A program made the translations under genes and the position numbers. DNA of 64,000 nt, taken from sequence record NZ_CP014128.2; one strand, given 5' to 3'. This DNA is from a plasmid. Position 1 is the first letter of the stretch. Each line of letters starts with the position of its first letter. Positions 31,046 to 40,970 of this stretch are shown piece after piece. The notes beneath the pieces were generated by a model. It was given only the letters and a program-made list of their open reading frames with translations, did not search any database and was not told the DNA's origin.

Positions 31046-31921
31046 TTATTCTGCGGAAACCGGCACCAGTACGCCTTTCACCAGCGGATCCTGCGTTTCT
31101 TTCAGCCACTGCTGTAGCCGGGGGTCGGCGAAGGCTTTTTTTAGCCGGACAATATTGTCATCTGCCAGCCAGGGCGTGCCTATAACCAGTTGAGAGGCAA
31201 AGGTGCGCGGGGCTGGCGGGAATAAAATCCCTTTTTCGCGCGGTACTTTTCCGGCATCAAACTGTGAAACATAACCGATGGCTGCATCAACCGAATTCAG
31301 CGCGCGCGGCATGGTCAACAGATCCAGCTCTTTGAAGTTGAAACCATGAGGATTGTCTTTGATGTCTTTGAGTTTTGCGGTACGCGGTTCAATCGCCGGA
31401 TCGAGACCAATCAGGCCGATACGCTGCAGCAGCCATAAGGCCTGCCCCTGGTTAGCACCATCATTAGGCACCACAATTTCCGCACCCTGTGGCAGTTTAC
31501 TGATGGCACGGTAGCGATCTGAGTAGATGCCAAACGCCCACTGGAACAGCGGCAGGGTGGCTGTCAGCGGAAATTTGTTCGCCTCCACCACCTGTTTCAG
31601 CCACCACTGATGCTGATAGACGGTGGCGGCATACTTACCCTCCGCCACCGCGCGGTCGGCCTGCACCGGATCCTGCAATCCTTCGGCCTCCAGTTTAATG
31701 CCGTAGTCGGGCGCTATATGTTGCGCCACAAACTGAATCAGCCGCTCTTCACCGGCCATCGCCGGTTCAAAATGGACTTTCAGCGTGGTGCCAAAAGTGA
31801 CGGTGCGGGCCTTGTGCGCAACCTGATACCAGACCGCAGCGGCAATCAACACCACTACCACCCCAGCCACTACCCACGGCCATTTTTTCTTCTGTCTAAT
31901 TTCAAAGTCGTGATGCGTCAT
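31046..31921 (-). CDS. MetQ/NlpA-family substrate-binding protein (membrane-anchored), second transporter set
   Basis: N-terminal TM anchor, then a periplasmic-binding fold related to MetQ. Confidence 0.75.
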   Translation of the reverse strand: MTHHDFEIRQKKKWPWVVAGVVVVLIAAAVWYQVAHKARTVTFGTTLKVHFEPAMAGEERLIQFVAQHIAPDYGIKLEAEGLQDPVQADRAVAEGKYAATVYQHQWWLKQVVEANKFPLTATLPLFQWAFGIYSDRYRAISKLPQGAEIVVPNDGANQGQALWLLQRIGLIGLDPAIEPRTAKLKDIKDNPHGFNFKELDLLTMPRALNSVDAAIGYVSQFDAGKVPREKGILFPPAPRTFASQLVIGTPWLADDNIVRLKKAFADPRLQQWLKETQDPLVKGVLVPVSAE

Positions 31922-32622
31922 GTTGAATGTTTTCCCTGATAAGGTTGCAGCGCCGAAATCAAACGGTCGCCTAAAAACTGAACCAGCTGAATAGTGACGA
32001 TCAGCACAATAATGGTGGCCACCATGATGTGATTATCAAAACGCTGATAGCCGTAAACCACGGCCAGATAGCCAATTCCCCCGGCTCCGATCGTTCCGGC
32101 GATAGCGGAATACTCAATCATCGAAATAAGATTCAGCACAATGGCTGCCACAATTGTGGGCAGGGCTTCACTGATCTGGGCGCGGGTAATGATTTGCCAC
32201 GTGGAGCCGCCGGAGACCAGGCCCACGGCGGTGACATCAGCGGGCAGTTCACGCAACGCATTGCTGACCAGTCGGGCAAAAAAGGGCGTGCCGGCGATGA
32301 TCATTGGCACCACGGCTGCGGGGATGCCAATGGTGGTGCCGGTCAGCCAGAAGGTAAAAGGGATAATGGCCGCCATCAGCACCAGAAAAGGGAGTGAACG
32401 GCCCATGTTGATAATCCAGCCCAGAATCTGGTGCAGCGTTCTGTGCGGAAACAGCCCCTGCCGCGAGGTGTTAAACAGCACCACCCCCAGCAGGCCACCG
32501 AGTGTCACCACAAACAGCATCACCACAGCCACCATCAGCCAGGTTTCGCCGTAGGCGGGCAGCATCAGCGCCGGGATTTGGTTCCACGGCGTATCCTGAC
32601 TCAGTACGTCAGCAGGTTTCAT
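31918..32622 (-). CDS. MetI-like ABC permease, second set
   Basis: Polytopic, with an EAA-loop-like region. The stop and start overlap the neighbouring genes. Confidence 0.85.
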   Translation of the reverse strand: MKPADVLSQDTPWNQIPALMLPAYGETWLMVAVVMLFVVTLGGLLGVVLFNTSRQGLFPHRTLHQILGWIINMGRSLPFLVLMAAIIPFTFWLTGTTIGIPAAVVPMIIAGTPFFARLVSNALRELPADVTAVGLVSGGSTWQIITRAQISEALPTIVAAIVLNLISMIEYSAIAGTIGAGGIGYLAVVYGYQRFDNHIMVATIIVLIVTIQLVQFLGDRLISALQPYQGKHST

Positions 32623-33659
32623 ACCACCTCCTGCAGGGCCGCACGTTGTTCCAGAATCTCAGCATGAATGCCATAGTGCTGTAGCAGCTCCGTCACCTGC
32701 CGGGGCGTGACGCCAGAATGGGAAAAACGAATGGCCACCCGCATCCGTCCCGCCAGCGCATCGCCAACCTGCTCAACGTGGGCCGCCAGCAGATCCACCT
32801 GCACGGCAAACTGCTGCGTCAGACGGCTGATCCAGTCGATGGCTATCGGGCGGTCGCCGTAGGTGAGTTGCATCAGCAGATCGCCCGACCCAGCGAGCGG
32901 CTGGAGTGGGAACAGCTGCTGACCCAGCGACGAATCGGGCGTGGCCAGCAGCTGACGTAAATGGCCCTGTTGCACCAGCCTGCCGTCTGCAATCTGCGCG
33001 ACGGCGTCGGCTGCGCGCCGCACCACATCCATTTCGTGGGTAATAAAGATGATTGATAGCCCAAACTGATCGCGCAGGGTTTTCAGTAACGTCAGAATGG
33101 CGCGGGTGGCATCCGGATCAAGCCCGGACGTGGCCTCGTCAGCCAGCAACACCGAGGGCTTAAGCGCCAGCGCCCGGGCGATACCCACACGCTGGCGCTG
33201 GCCGCCGGAGAGCTGAGACGGATAAAAGGCCGCCTTGTCACTCAGACCGACGCTCTCCAGTAGCGTGCCAACATGGCGTTTGATCTCCCCGGGCACCACA
33301 CCCAGCCACTCCAGCGGCAGCGCCACATTTTCCCAGGCGGTTTTGCGCTGCAACAGCGCGGATGACTGAAACACCGTGCCTATCGCCCGACGTTTGTGAC
33401 GTAAAGTCTCACCCGTGTAATGTGACAGATCCTCGCCATTGACCCGGATGCTTCCCGATGTTGGTCGCTCCAGCAGACTGATGCACTTTGCCAGCGTCGA
33501 TTTTCCCGCGCCGCTGGGCCCGACGACCGCCGTTATTGAACCGGCAGGAACGCTGAGCGTAATATCTTTCAGCACCTCAACCTGACGATTCTGTGGCCCG
33601 GCGTACGTTTTACTTAGCCCCGTAATCTCAATCATGAGGCCTCCACGCTTTCTGTCCAC
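32619..33659 (-). CDS. MetN-like ABC ATPase, second set
   Basis: Walker A GPSGAGKST, signature LSGGQRQRVGIARAL, Walker B LLADEATSGLD, and a C-terminal NIL-like domain. Confidence 0.85.
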   Translation of the reverse strand: MDRKRGGLMIEITGLSKTYAGPQNRQVEVLKDITLSVPAGSITAVVGPSGAGKSTLAKCISLLERPTSGSIRVNGEDLSHYTGETLRHKRRAIGTVFQSSALLQRKTAWENVALPLEWLGVVPGEIKRHVGTLLESVGLSDKAAFYPSQLSGGQRQRVGIARALALKPSVLLADEATSGLDPDATRAILTLLKTLRDQFGLSIIFITHEMDVVRRAADAVAQIADGRLVQQGHLRQLLATPDSSLGQQLFPLQPLAGSGDLLMQLTYGDRPIAIDWISRLTQQFAVQVDLLAAHVEQVGDALAGRMRVAIRFSHSGVTPRQVTELLQHYGIHAEILEQRAALQEVV

Positions 33660-35041
33660 TGCTCCGCGCTGGCGATACGGCGATAACCAGCCCCCGGATG
33701 CGGCAACGCCAGCCGCGGTCCCTGTCCGAACAACTTTTCACGCAGCGTGCCGGGTTGATAGTCCTGCTTGTAAACGCCGCGCTTTTGCAGTTCCGGCACC
33801 AGCAGGTCCACCACGTCAGTGAAAGTTTCATGCGTCACGGCGTAGGCGAGGTTAAACCCGTCAACGTCAGTTTCTTCAACCCAGCTCTGCAGTTCATCCG
33901 CTACGGTTTCGGCGCTGCCCACCAGCAACGGGCCAAAACCGCCAATGCCCACCCAGTCAGCCAGACCCTGCACCGTCCACTGACGATTGGGATCGGCGGT
34001 GGAGAAGGTCTCAACCGCCGACTGAATGGCGTTGGTATGCAAATGCTTTAATACCTGTTCCGGCTGATACTGCCCGAAATCGATACCGGTCCAGCCCGAG
34101 ATGAGCGCCAGTGCCCCTTCGTAACTGACATAGCTTTTGTACTCCTGCCATCTGGCCTGCGCCGCAAGGTCAGTTTCACCCACAATCACCGTCTGCAGAT
34201 TGAAGATCAGTATGGATCGCGGGTCACGTCCAGCCTCAGCGGCCCTGCGACGAATATCTGCCACAGTTTTCTTCAGCAGTACTTTCGACGGTGCCGCGAC
34301 AAATACGCATTCAGCATGTTCCGCCGCAAACGCCTTGCCGCGGCTGGAGGCACCGGCCTGGTATAGCACTGGCGTGCGCTGCGGTGACGGCTCGCAAAGA
34401 TGAATGCCCGGCACCTGGAAAAACGTTCCCTGATGGTTAATCGGATGGATTTTATTAGGGTCGCTGAATATATGACGTTCACGATCGCGCAGGACAGCGT
34501 CGTCTTCCCAGCTTCCTTCAAGCAGCTTATAGATAACCTGCAGATACTCATCGGCGTAGTCGTAGCGCGCATCGTGGTCGGTCTGGGTCTGCTGGCCAAT
34601 ATTGCGTGCGCCACTTTCCAGGTAGGAGGTGACAATATTCCAGCCAATACGGCCTTTGGTCAGATGATCCAGGGTCGAGATCCGTCGCGCAAACGGGTAG
34701 GGGTGTTCAAACGACAGCGAGGCGGTCAGGCCAAAGCCCAGGTGTTCCGTCACCATGGCCATCGGCGTGATTAACGCCAGCGGATCGTTTACCGGCACCT
34801 GTGTAGCCTGACGGATGGCGGCATGGTTATTACCGTTGAGCACGTCATAGACACCCAGCACGTCAGCAATAAACAGCCCATCAAACTTACCGCGCTCCAG
34901 CAGGCGCGCTAAATCGGTCCAGTACGCCAGATCTTTATACTGCCATGAGCGGTCGCGGGGATGCGCCCACAAACCGGGTGACTGATGACCAACACAGTTC
35001 ATATCGAAAGCATTCAGGCGAATTTCACGTTGCGATGACAT
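33632..35041 (-). CDS. LLM-class FMNH2-dependent monooxygenase, NtaA/DszA family, copy 2 (469 aa from the ATG at 35041)
   Basis: LNAFDMNCVGHQSPGLWAHPRDRS...DLARLLERGKFDGLFIADVLGV, paralogous to the 24227 gene. There is an AGGAG RBS before the internal ATG, so the longer ORF-track start is unlikely. Confidence 0.75.
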   Translation of the reverse strand: MSSQREIRLNAFDMNCVGHQSPGLWAHPRDRSWQYKDLAYWTDLARLLERGKFDGLFIADVLGVYDVLNGNNHAAIRQATQVPVNDPLALITPMAMVTEHLGFGLTASLSFEHPYPFARRISTLDHLTKGRIGWNIVTSYLESGARNIGQQTQTDHDARYDYADEYLQVIYKLLEGSWEDDAVLRDRERHIFSDPNKIHPINHQGTFFQVPGIHLCEPSPQRTPVLYQAGASSRGKAFAAEHAECVFVAAPSKVLLKKTVADIRRRAAEAGRDPRSILIFNLQTVIVGETDLAAQARWQEYKSYVSYEGALALISGWTGIDFGQYQPEQVLKHLHTNAIQSAVETFSTADPNRQWTVQGLADWVGIGGFGPLLVGSAETVADELQSWVEETDVDGFNLAYAVTHETFTDVVDLLVPELQKRGVYKQDYQPGTLREKLFGQGPRLALPHPGAGYRRIASAEQWTESVEAS

Positions 35042-35108
35042 AGCGGCTCCTGAGCGGATGCGGCAATCGCTTGCCGCCCACCTTTTAATGTGTGTTTTAA
35101 GGAATGAT

Positions 35109-36521
35109 TTAGCAGGTGAGTGAGCCGGGACATCGCTCGCTGAGGAGCAGCGGCGGGGCGGCAAGCAGTTGCCGTGCGACGGCCTCTGCATGTTCCGCCA
35201 CCTGCGGTAATCCCATGAGTTCACCAAAGCGGCCCCGCGCGGCAGGCCCGGCGACATAGAGTCCGGGATTCGCTTCACCGTTCACATTCAGCGTCTGTGA
35301 TAGCGCATTCACCTGGATCCCCAGCGCCAGCGGGTCAGGCTGGATAACGCCATCGCCATGGAGCTGACGCAGCAGCGCATTGCTGTTAAGCAGCGCGTTG
35401 TGTGCAGGGCCGGTGGTGACAATGACTTTCTCCACCTCCAGCATGTGCGATTGCACACCGCGCAGGCGCAACGTCAGCCGGAGCGTTGCGCCATCTGATT
35501 CAGCGGCGATAAGACGCGCCGCCAGCAGAGTCAGCTGACCGCTGGTCTGCTGCTGGCTGAGAACCTGACTCACCTGCGGCGCAATCCGGTAGCGATGAAC
35601 ATCCCACCAGGGGCGCAGATGATGCAGAAAGCGCTGCTGCTCGTGCAGCGACAGACTCTGCCAGATGTGCTGACCGTTACGACGAATATCATCCAGCACC
35701 AGTTGCCAGGGCAGATTCAGCGCCGCCGCCTGTTTAACGTCCTGTCGCACCCGCTGTAGCCAGCCGCGCGCGGTGGCGGGTTGCGGCTGACTGTAATCCA
35801 GGGCGTAAGTCTCATTGCTGCCACTCAGGTTGGCACGCGGCAGCTGGCCACGACGGGAGAAGACGGTAATCTTTCCACGGTGCTGCTGGCGATGCAGCGA
35901 CGCCACCACATCGGACATGGTCAGCCCTGAACCGATAATCGCCACCCGATCGTCAGAGGCGACCTGTGTCAGCGCGTCGCGCTGCCAGGGATTGGCAATC
36001 AAAGCCGGATGGCCCTGTAGCGGCCTCAGCAGAGCAGGCAGATCCGGCGGGGGATGACTGATCGCCAGCACTACCTGATCGGCATGAATCTGCTGCCCGG
36101 AGGCCGTGGTCACCACGCCATTCTTAAAGGCAACCGCACTGTCACGCAGATGACTCAGTTTCACCGGTGAGTACTGCTGCTGATGAACAAACTGCGCATT
36201 GACCCAACGTCCGAACTCACCGCGTTGCGGGTAGACGTTGCCGTCATGCCACAGCGCTTCCGGATCGGTCCTGAAGCCGGCAGAGGCGCGATAGTCGCGA
36301 TCGAAAACACCCTCTTCATCACCGGCAAGCTGCATTCTGCCGGCCGGTACATTAATGCGGTGGGCCGGATCGGTGGTGCCGTATGCCACGCCCTGCGCCA
36401 GCTGTGCGCGAGGTTCAATCACCGTCACCTGCAATCCCGCCTGGCCAGCGCGGGCCAGATGGATCGCCAGCGCGGTGCCGGTGAACCCACCGCCGATAAT
36501 GACAATCTGCTGTTGTGACAT
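35109..36521 (-). CDS. FAD/NAD(P)-binding oxidoreductase (YdhS-like family)
   Basis: N-terminal IVIIGGGFTGTALA dinucleotide-binding motif and a second GSG motif mid-protein (RVAIIGSGLTMSD). Confidence 0.6.
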   Translation of the reverse strand: MSQQQIVIIGGGFTGTALAIHLARAGQAGLQVTVIEPRAQLAQGVAYGTTDPAHRINVPAGRMQLAGDEEGVFDRDYRASAGFRTDPEALWHDGNVYPQRGEFGRWVNAQFVHQQQYSPVKLSHLRDSAVAFKNGVVTTASGQQIHADQVVLAISHPPPDLPALLRPLQGHPALIANPWQRDALTQVASDDRVAIIGSGLTMSDVVASLHRQQHRGKITVFSRRGQLPRANLSGSNETYALDYSQPQPATARGWLQRVRQDVKQAAALNLPWQLVLDDIRRNGQHIWQSLSLHEQQRFLHHLRPWWDVHRYRIAPQVSQVLSQQQTSGQLTLLAARLIAAESDGATLRLTLRLRGVQSHMLEVEKVIVTTGPAHNALLNSNALLRQLHGDGVIQPDPLALGIQVNALSQTLNVNGEANPGLYVAGPAARGRFGELMGLPQVAEHAEAVARQLLAAPPLLLSERCPGSLTC

Positions 36522-36547
36522 AAGCGAGCCTTTTTTCTGTTAACTGA

Positions 36548-37720
36548 CTAGCTGGCGCTGGCCTGTTTAGCCGGGCGACGGTCGCCGCCGATGGTTTCAC
36601 CAAACGGACCGGTGTTGACGCTGCGCTGTTTCTTTTCGGCGTTGGCGGCCAGCGGCAACAACGGCATGACCAGCTCCGCAAAGCGGTGTGCCTCTTCAAG
36701 GTGCGGATAGCCGGAGAAGATAAAGTTCTCAATGCCCAGTGCCTGATACTCCCGGATGCGATCGGCAACCTGCTGCGGATTGCCGACCAGCGCAGTTCCT
36801 GCGCCGCCGCGCACCAGGCCGACGCCTGCCCAGAGATTGGGACCAATACGCAGGCTCTCCCGCGACCCCTGATGCAGGGCACTCATCCGCGCCTGACCGG
36901 CGGAGTCCATGCGGGCAAAGATCTTCTGCGCGGCGGCGATAGTTTCTTCATCCAGATGAGAAATCAGTCGATCGGCCGCCGCCCAGGCTTCCTCTTCCGT
37001 TTCACGTACAATGACATGCAAGCGGATGCCATAAGAGAGCGTGCGGCCATTCTCCTGCGCCCGCTGACGAACCACCGCCAGCTTCTCCGCGACCTGTTCA
37101 ACCGGCTCGCCCCACGTCAGATAGGTGTCGATCTGATTCGCCGCAACGTCGATAGCAGCCTCAGATGAGCCACCGAAATAGAGTGGCGGACCGTCTTCCT
37201 GCACCGGCGGGAAGAGGATCTCGGCACCTTCCACGCGAATATGCTCGCCTTCAAAGTCTACCTTCTCGCCTTTCAGCAGACGGGAGTAGACCTCAAGAAA
37301 CTCTTTGGTCACCTGATAGCGTTCTTCATGACTCAGGAAGATGCCGTCACCTTTGTTCTCCACCGGATCACCCCCCGTGACCACGTTGATCAGCAACCGG
37401 CCGCCGGAGAGACGGTCCAGCGTCGCCGCCATCCGCGCCGCCAGGCTGGGCGGTTGCAGGCCGGGACGCACGGCCACTAAATAGCGCAGCTTTTTGGTGA
37501 TCGGTGCCAGTGCCGAGGCGACCAGCCATGAATCCTCGCAGCTTTTACCGGTCGGGATTAACACACCGTAGTAGCCCAGATTATCTGCCGCCAGCGCAAC
37601 CTGCTGTAAATAGGGTAAATCGACTGCTCTCCCGCCTTCGGTGGTACCCAGATAGCGCCCGTCGCCGTGGGTAGGCAGAAACCAGAAGAGGTTGAGGTTT
37701 TCCTGTGTCGCATGACTCAT
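36548..37720 (-). CDS. ssuD: Alkanesulfonate monooxygenase, FMNH2-dependent
   Basis: Nearly collinear with E. coli SsuD. Examples: [81 protein letters not shown], and GYPHLEEA. Confidence 0.9.
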   Translation of the reverse strand: MSHATQENLNLFWFLPTHGDGRYLGTTEGGRAVDLPYLQQVALAADNLGYYGVLIPTGKSCEDSWLVASALAPITKKLRYLVAVRPGLQPPSLAARMAATLDRLSGGRLLINVVTGGDPVENKGDGIFLSHEERYQVTKEFLEVYSRLLKGEKVDFEGEHIRVEGAEILFPPVQEDGPPLYFGGSSEAAIDVAANQIDTYLTWGEPVEQVAEKLAVVRQRAQENGRTLSYGIRLHVIVRETEEEAWAAADRLISHLDEETIAAAQKIFARMDSAGQARMSALHQGSRESLRIGPNLWAGVGLVRGGAGTALVGNPQQVADRIREYQALGIENFIFSGYPHLEEAHRFAELVMPLLPLAANAEKKQRSVNTGPFGETIGGDRRPAKQASAS

Positions 37721-37789
37721 TAGCAGATTCCTTTATAACGATATTAAAATTTATCACATAGGGTTAATCCCTTTGGTTATATAGCCTCT

Positions 37790-37806
37790 AGCAGGATGCG
37801 TGCCAG
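37790..37806 (-). promoter_or_regulatory. Candidate sigma54 (-24/-12) promoter for the ssuD operon
   Basis: The minus strand reads cTGGCACgcatcCTGCt (GG-N10-GC spacing, TGGCAC exact), about 70 bp upstream of the ssuD start. A sigma54 activator gene is divergently adjacent. Confidence 0.45.
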
Positions 37807-37994
37807 TGCGATGAAATATTTTTATTATTAAAATTCAGTGATTTATAGTTTTGCTGGCAGACGCTAATCTGCTGCATTCGCAACAGGCATAGTTGTATCC
37901 TGCTGCATTGGCAACAATCTGGCTTGGTTCGCCTCTCGTTTCGGCGTCTGCGGCGCGGTATGGTCATGGTTTTCCCGTTCACCCGGTAAATGAG

Positions 37995-39884
37995 ATGCAG
38001 ATATCCAGCCCTGAGTTAATTGACCCCGCATCGCGCGCCTTCAAAAGCGTGCTGGATCAGCTCGCGCCCACCGATGCGACGGTACTGATCATCGGTGAAA
38101 CCGGCACCGGCAAAGAGGTAATGGCGCGCTATCTGCATCATCACAGTGCCCGCAGCCGGCAGCCTTTTCTGGCGGTTAACTGCGGCGCACTTACCGAGAG
38201 CCTGGCGGAGTCGGAGCTGTTTGGTCATGAGAAAGGCGCCTTTACCGGCGCACAGGACAGGCATCGTGGCTGGTTTGAGGCGGCAGAGGGCGGCACGCTG
38301 CTGCTGGATGAGATTGGTGAGCTAAGCCCGTCGCTGCAGGTGAAGCTGCTACGCGTGCTGCAGGAGCGTGAAATTACCCGCGTCGGATCGTCCAGGCCGG
38401 TAAAAGTCAATGTGCGGGTCATTGCCGCGACCAACCGGGATCTGGCGGTGGCTATCCGTGAACGGCGATTCCGGGAAGACCTCTATTACCGGCTGAATGT
38501 GGCCAGCGTCACACTGCCGCCGCTGCGCCAGCGCTGCGAAGATATTCCGGTGCTGGCCAGTCACTTCCTGCAACTCTATGCGCGCCGTCTTGGTCGTCCT
38601 CAGCTGCGCCTCAGTGATGAAGCCATGACGGTGTTGATGAACTACAGCTGGCCGGGCAACATCCGTGAACTGGAGAACACGCTGCACAATGCCGTGCTGC
38701 TCAGCAAAAACTCACTGGTCACGCCACAGCAGCTGCGGCTAAGCCCTCTTGCGGGGAGCGACCTGCCGCTGGGAGAGGAGGCGCTGGATCAGTTTTTACG
38801 CCAGCAGATGCAGCAGAGTGATACGCCGCTCTATCCCCGGGTAATTGCTGCGCTGGTGAAAAATGCGCTGGAACTCACGCAGGGTAATCAGTTACAGGCG
38901 GCCGCGCTGCTGGGTATCAGCCGACATACATTGCGCACACAGCTGGGGCATCTGGGGGTGATTAAACCGCGCCGCGGTTCAGTGCGTCAGCGCGATGTTT
39001 CTTTTGGTCAGCAGCCTGAGCAGGAGCGGGAACTGCGTATTGGTTATCAGAAATTTGGCAACCTTGGCATTCTGAAAGCGCGCCAGTCGCTGGAACAGCA
39101 GCTGGCCGGGCAGGGTGTCAGCGTCATGTGGAGTGAATTTCCTGCGGGTCCCCAGCTTCTGCATGCACTGAGCAATAAGGAGATTGATTTCGGGACCACT
39201 GGTGAAGTTCCCCCCTTGTTTGCCCAGGCCAGCAACAGTCCGATGGTCTATGTCGCCTGGGAACCAGCCGCTCCGCAAAGCGTGGCGCTGCTGGTGCCGA
39301 ACAGCAGCCCGGTTAAGCAGATTGGCGATCTCAGGGGCAAACGTATTGCCGTGAATCGCGGCTCCAACGTTCACTATCTGTTGTTGCAGATTCTGGATGA
39401 GGCGGGTTTAGCGCTGGATGATGTGCGCATTGTCTATGCCCCGCCTAAATATCCTTTGACGCCCAGCGATCTCAACGCGGTAGATGCCTGGATGATGTGG
39501 GATCCGTTACTCAGCGATGCGGAGAACAGCGGAGAGTTCAGGGTGATTGCAGATGGCACCGGCCGGGTCAATAACCATCAGTTTTACCTGGCTGAGCGCG
39601 GATTTGCGACGCACTCTGGCGATCTGTTACAGGTTTTGCTTAGCGCGCTGGAGCAGACCGGCCGCTACATTGATGCGCATCGGGCTGAAGCTGCCGGGCT
39701 GCTCTCCACGGAACTCGGCATCTCTGCCACCTCACTGATGCACGCCTTAGCCCGGCGCAGCCATCAGACCCAGAGAATGAACCTGGCCATCATCCGGGAA
39801 CAGCAAACCATCGCGGACCGCTTCTATGCGCTGGGGTTATTCAGTCGCGCCATTCGCGTACGCGAGTCGGTCTGGCATCCATAG
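37995..39884 (+). CDS. Sigma54-dependent transcriptional activator (AAA+ plus HTH) fused to a C-terminal SsuA/NMT1-like solute-binding domain
   Basis: The EBP core is present: GETGTGKE Walker A, the GAFTGA sigma54-contact motif, an arginine finger region, and a Fis-type HTH (AAALLGISRHTLRTQL). The protein then continues for roughly 300 aa clearly paralogous to the adjacent SsuA (RIGYQKFGNLGILKAR...WSEFPAGPQLLHAL...DLRGKRIAVNRGSNVHYLL). There is no N-terminal regulatory domain and no signal peptide. Confidence 0.8.
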   Translation: MQISSPELIDPASRAFKSVLDQLAPTDATVLIIGETGTGKEVMARYLHHHSARSRQPFLAVNCGALTESLAESELFGHEKGAFTGAQDRHRGWFEAAEGGTLLLDEIGELSPSLQVKLLRVLQEREITRVGSSRPVKVNVRVIAATNRDLAVAIRERRFREDLYYRLNVASVTLPPLRQRCEDIPVLASHFLQLYARRLGRPQLRLSDEAMTVLMNYSWPGNIRELENTLHNAVLLSKNSLVTPQQLRLSPLAGSDLPLGEEALDQFLRQQMQQSDTPLYPRVIAALVKNALELTQGNQLQAAALLGISRHTLRTQLGHLGVIKPRRGSVRQRDVSFGQQPEQERELRIGYQKFGNLGILKARQSLEQQLAGQGVSVMWSEFPAGPQLLHALSNKEIDFGTTGEVPPLFAQASNSPMVYVAWEPAAPQSVALLVPNSSPVKQIGDLRGKRIAVNRGSNVHYLLLQILDEAGLALDDVRIVYAPPKYPLTPSDLNAVDAWMMWDPLLSDAENSGEFRVIADGTGRVNNHQFYLAERGFATHSGDLLQVLLSALEQTGRYIDAHRAEAAGLLSTELGISATSLMHALARRSHQTQRMNLAIIREQQTIADRFYALGLFSRAIRVRESVWHP

Positions 39885-39979
39885 CGTTTTTTTAGCTAAG
39901 CATCGAACATTTCATCGCTAAGCGCTTCAACCCGCGTTTGTTATGTTGCGCAGACAACAACCAGACTCAGGAATGAGAG

Positions 39980-40927
39980 ATGAAAAAAGTTTTACTTCGC
40001 GCTTTGATTATTGCCGCCCAGGCGGCTTTCGCGTTCAACACCCAGGCAGCAGAGAAACCCGAGACAGTGAACATCGGTTTTCAGAAAGCCAATATCTTTG
40101 CGCTGCTGAAGTATCGCGGCACGCTGGATCAGGAATTTAAAAAGCAGGGTATTGCGGTGCACTGGATTGAGTTCCCGGCCGGGCCGCAGATGCTGGAAGG
40201 CTTAAACATCGGCAGTATCGATCTGGCCGCTACCGGCGACGCGCCACCGACGTTCGCGCAGGCAGCGCAGGCCGATCTGGTTTATCTGGGACACTCGCCA
40301 GCTAACCCTAAAACCGAAGCGATTGTGGTGCCCGCTGACTCCCCGATTAAAAGCGTGGCGGATCTTAAAGGCAAGCGTGTGGCGCTGAATAAAGGCTCTG
40401 ACGTTAATTATCTGCTGGTCACCGCGCTGGAGCAGGCAGGGCTGACCTATAAAGATATTACGCCGGTCTATCTGCCACCTGCGGATGCGCGTGCCGCTTT
40501 CCAGCGCGGCGCGGTGGATGCCTGGGTCATCTGGGATCCCTACTACGCCGAAGTGGAAACTAATGCCCACGCGCGGCTGATTAAAAATGCCGAAGGGCTG
40601 GTGCCGCACTACACCTTCTATCTTGCCAGCCGTAAGTTCGCGGAGCGCTATCCCCACATCGCTTCTGAGGTGGTGGATGAGCTGGGTTCACTGAGTCAGT
40701 GGGCTAATCAAAATCAGGAAGAGGCCGCAAAAATCATGTCCACCTCAACCGGCCTGCCGCAGCCGATCTGGCAGCGCGCGCTGGCAAGGATGCCGTTTGG
40801 CGCAGAGCGGATGACGCCAGAAGTCTTCACCCAGCAGCAGGCGCTGGCAGATACCTTTACCCGGATTGGTCTGTTGCCGGTGAAAGTCGATATCCGCAGC
40901 GCAACCTGGTCGCAGGATATGAAATAA
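39980..40927 (+). CDS. ssuA: Aliphatic sulfonate ABC transporter periplasmic binding protein
   Basis: Signal peptide plus NIGFQKANIFALLKYRGTLDQEFKKQGIAVHWIEFPAGPQMLEGLNIGSIDLAATGDAPP, which is SsuA-like. There is no ssuBC downstream. Confidence 0.85.
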   Translation: MKKVLLRALIIAAQAAFAFNTQAAEKPETVNIGFQKANIFALLKYRGTLDQEFKKQGIAVHWIEFPAGPQMLEGLNIGSIDLAATGDAPPTFAQAAQADLVYLGHSPANPKTEAIVVPADSPIKSVADLKGKRVALNKGSDVNYLLVTALEQAGLTYKDITPVYLPPADARAAFQRGAVDAWVIWDPYYAEVETNAHARLIKNAEGLVPHYTFYLASRKFAERYPHIASEVVDELGSLSQWANQNQEEAAKIMSTSTGLPQPIWQRALARMPFGAERMTPEVFTQQQALADTFTRIGLLPVKVDIRSATWSQDMK

Positions 40928-40970
40928 AGGAAAGGCGGGCGGATGCAGTAGAAAAGATAGGTGCATCCGC

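Noticed and set aside
33632-35278. 548-aa version of the second DszA-like monooxygenase
   Set aside because: The N-terminal 79 aa have no similarity to LLM proteins and overlap the upstream gene region. An AGGAG RBS precedes the internal ATG at 35041, which aligns with the paralog start.
37893-37994. Longer N-terminus (start 37893) for the sigma54 activator
   Set aside because: The extension is not EBP-like and overlaps the divergent promoter region. The AAA+ domain begins right after the ATG at 37995.
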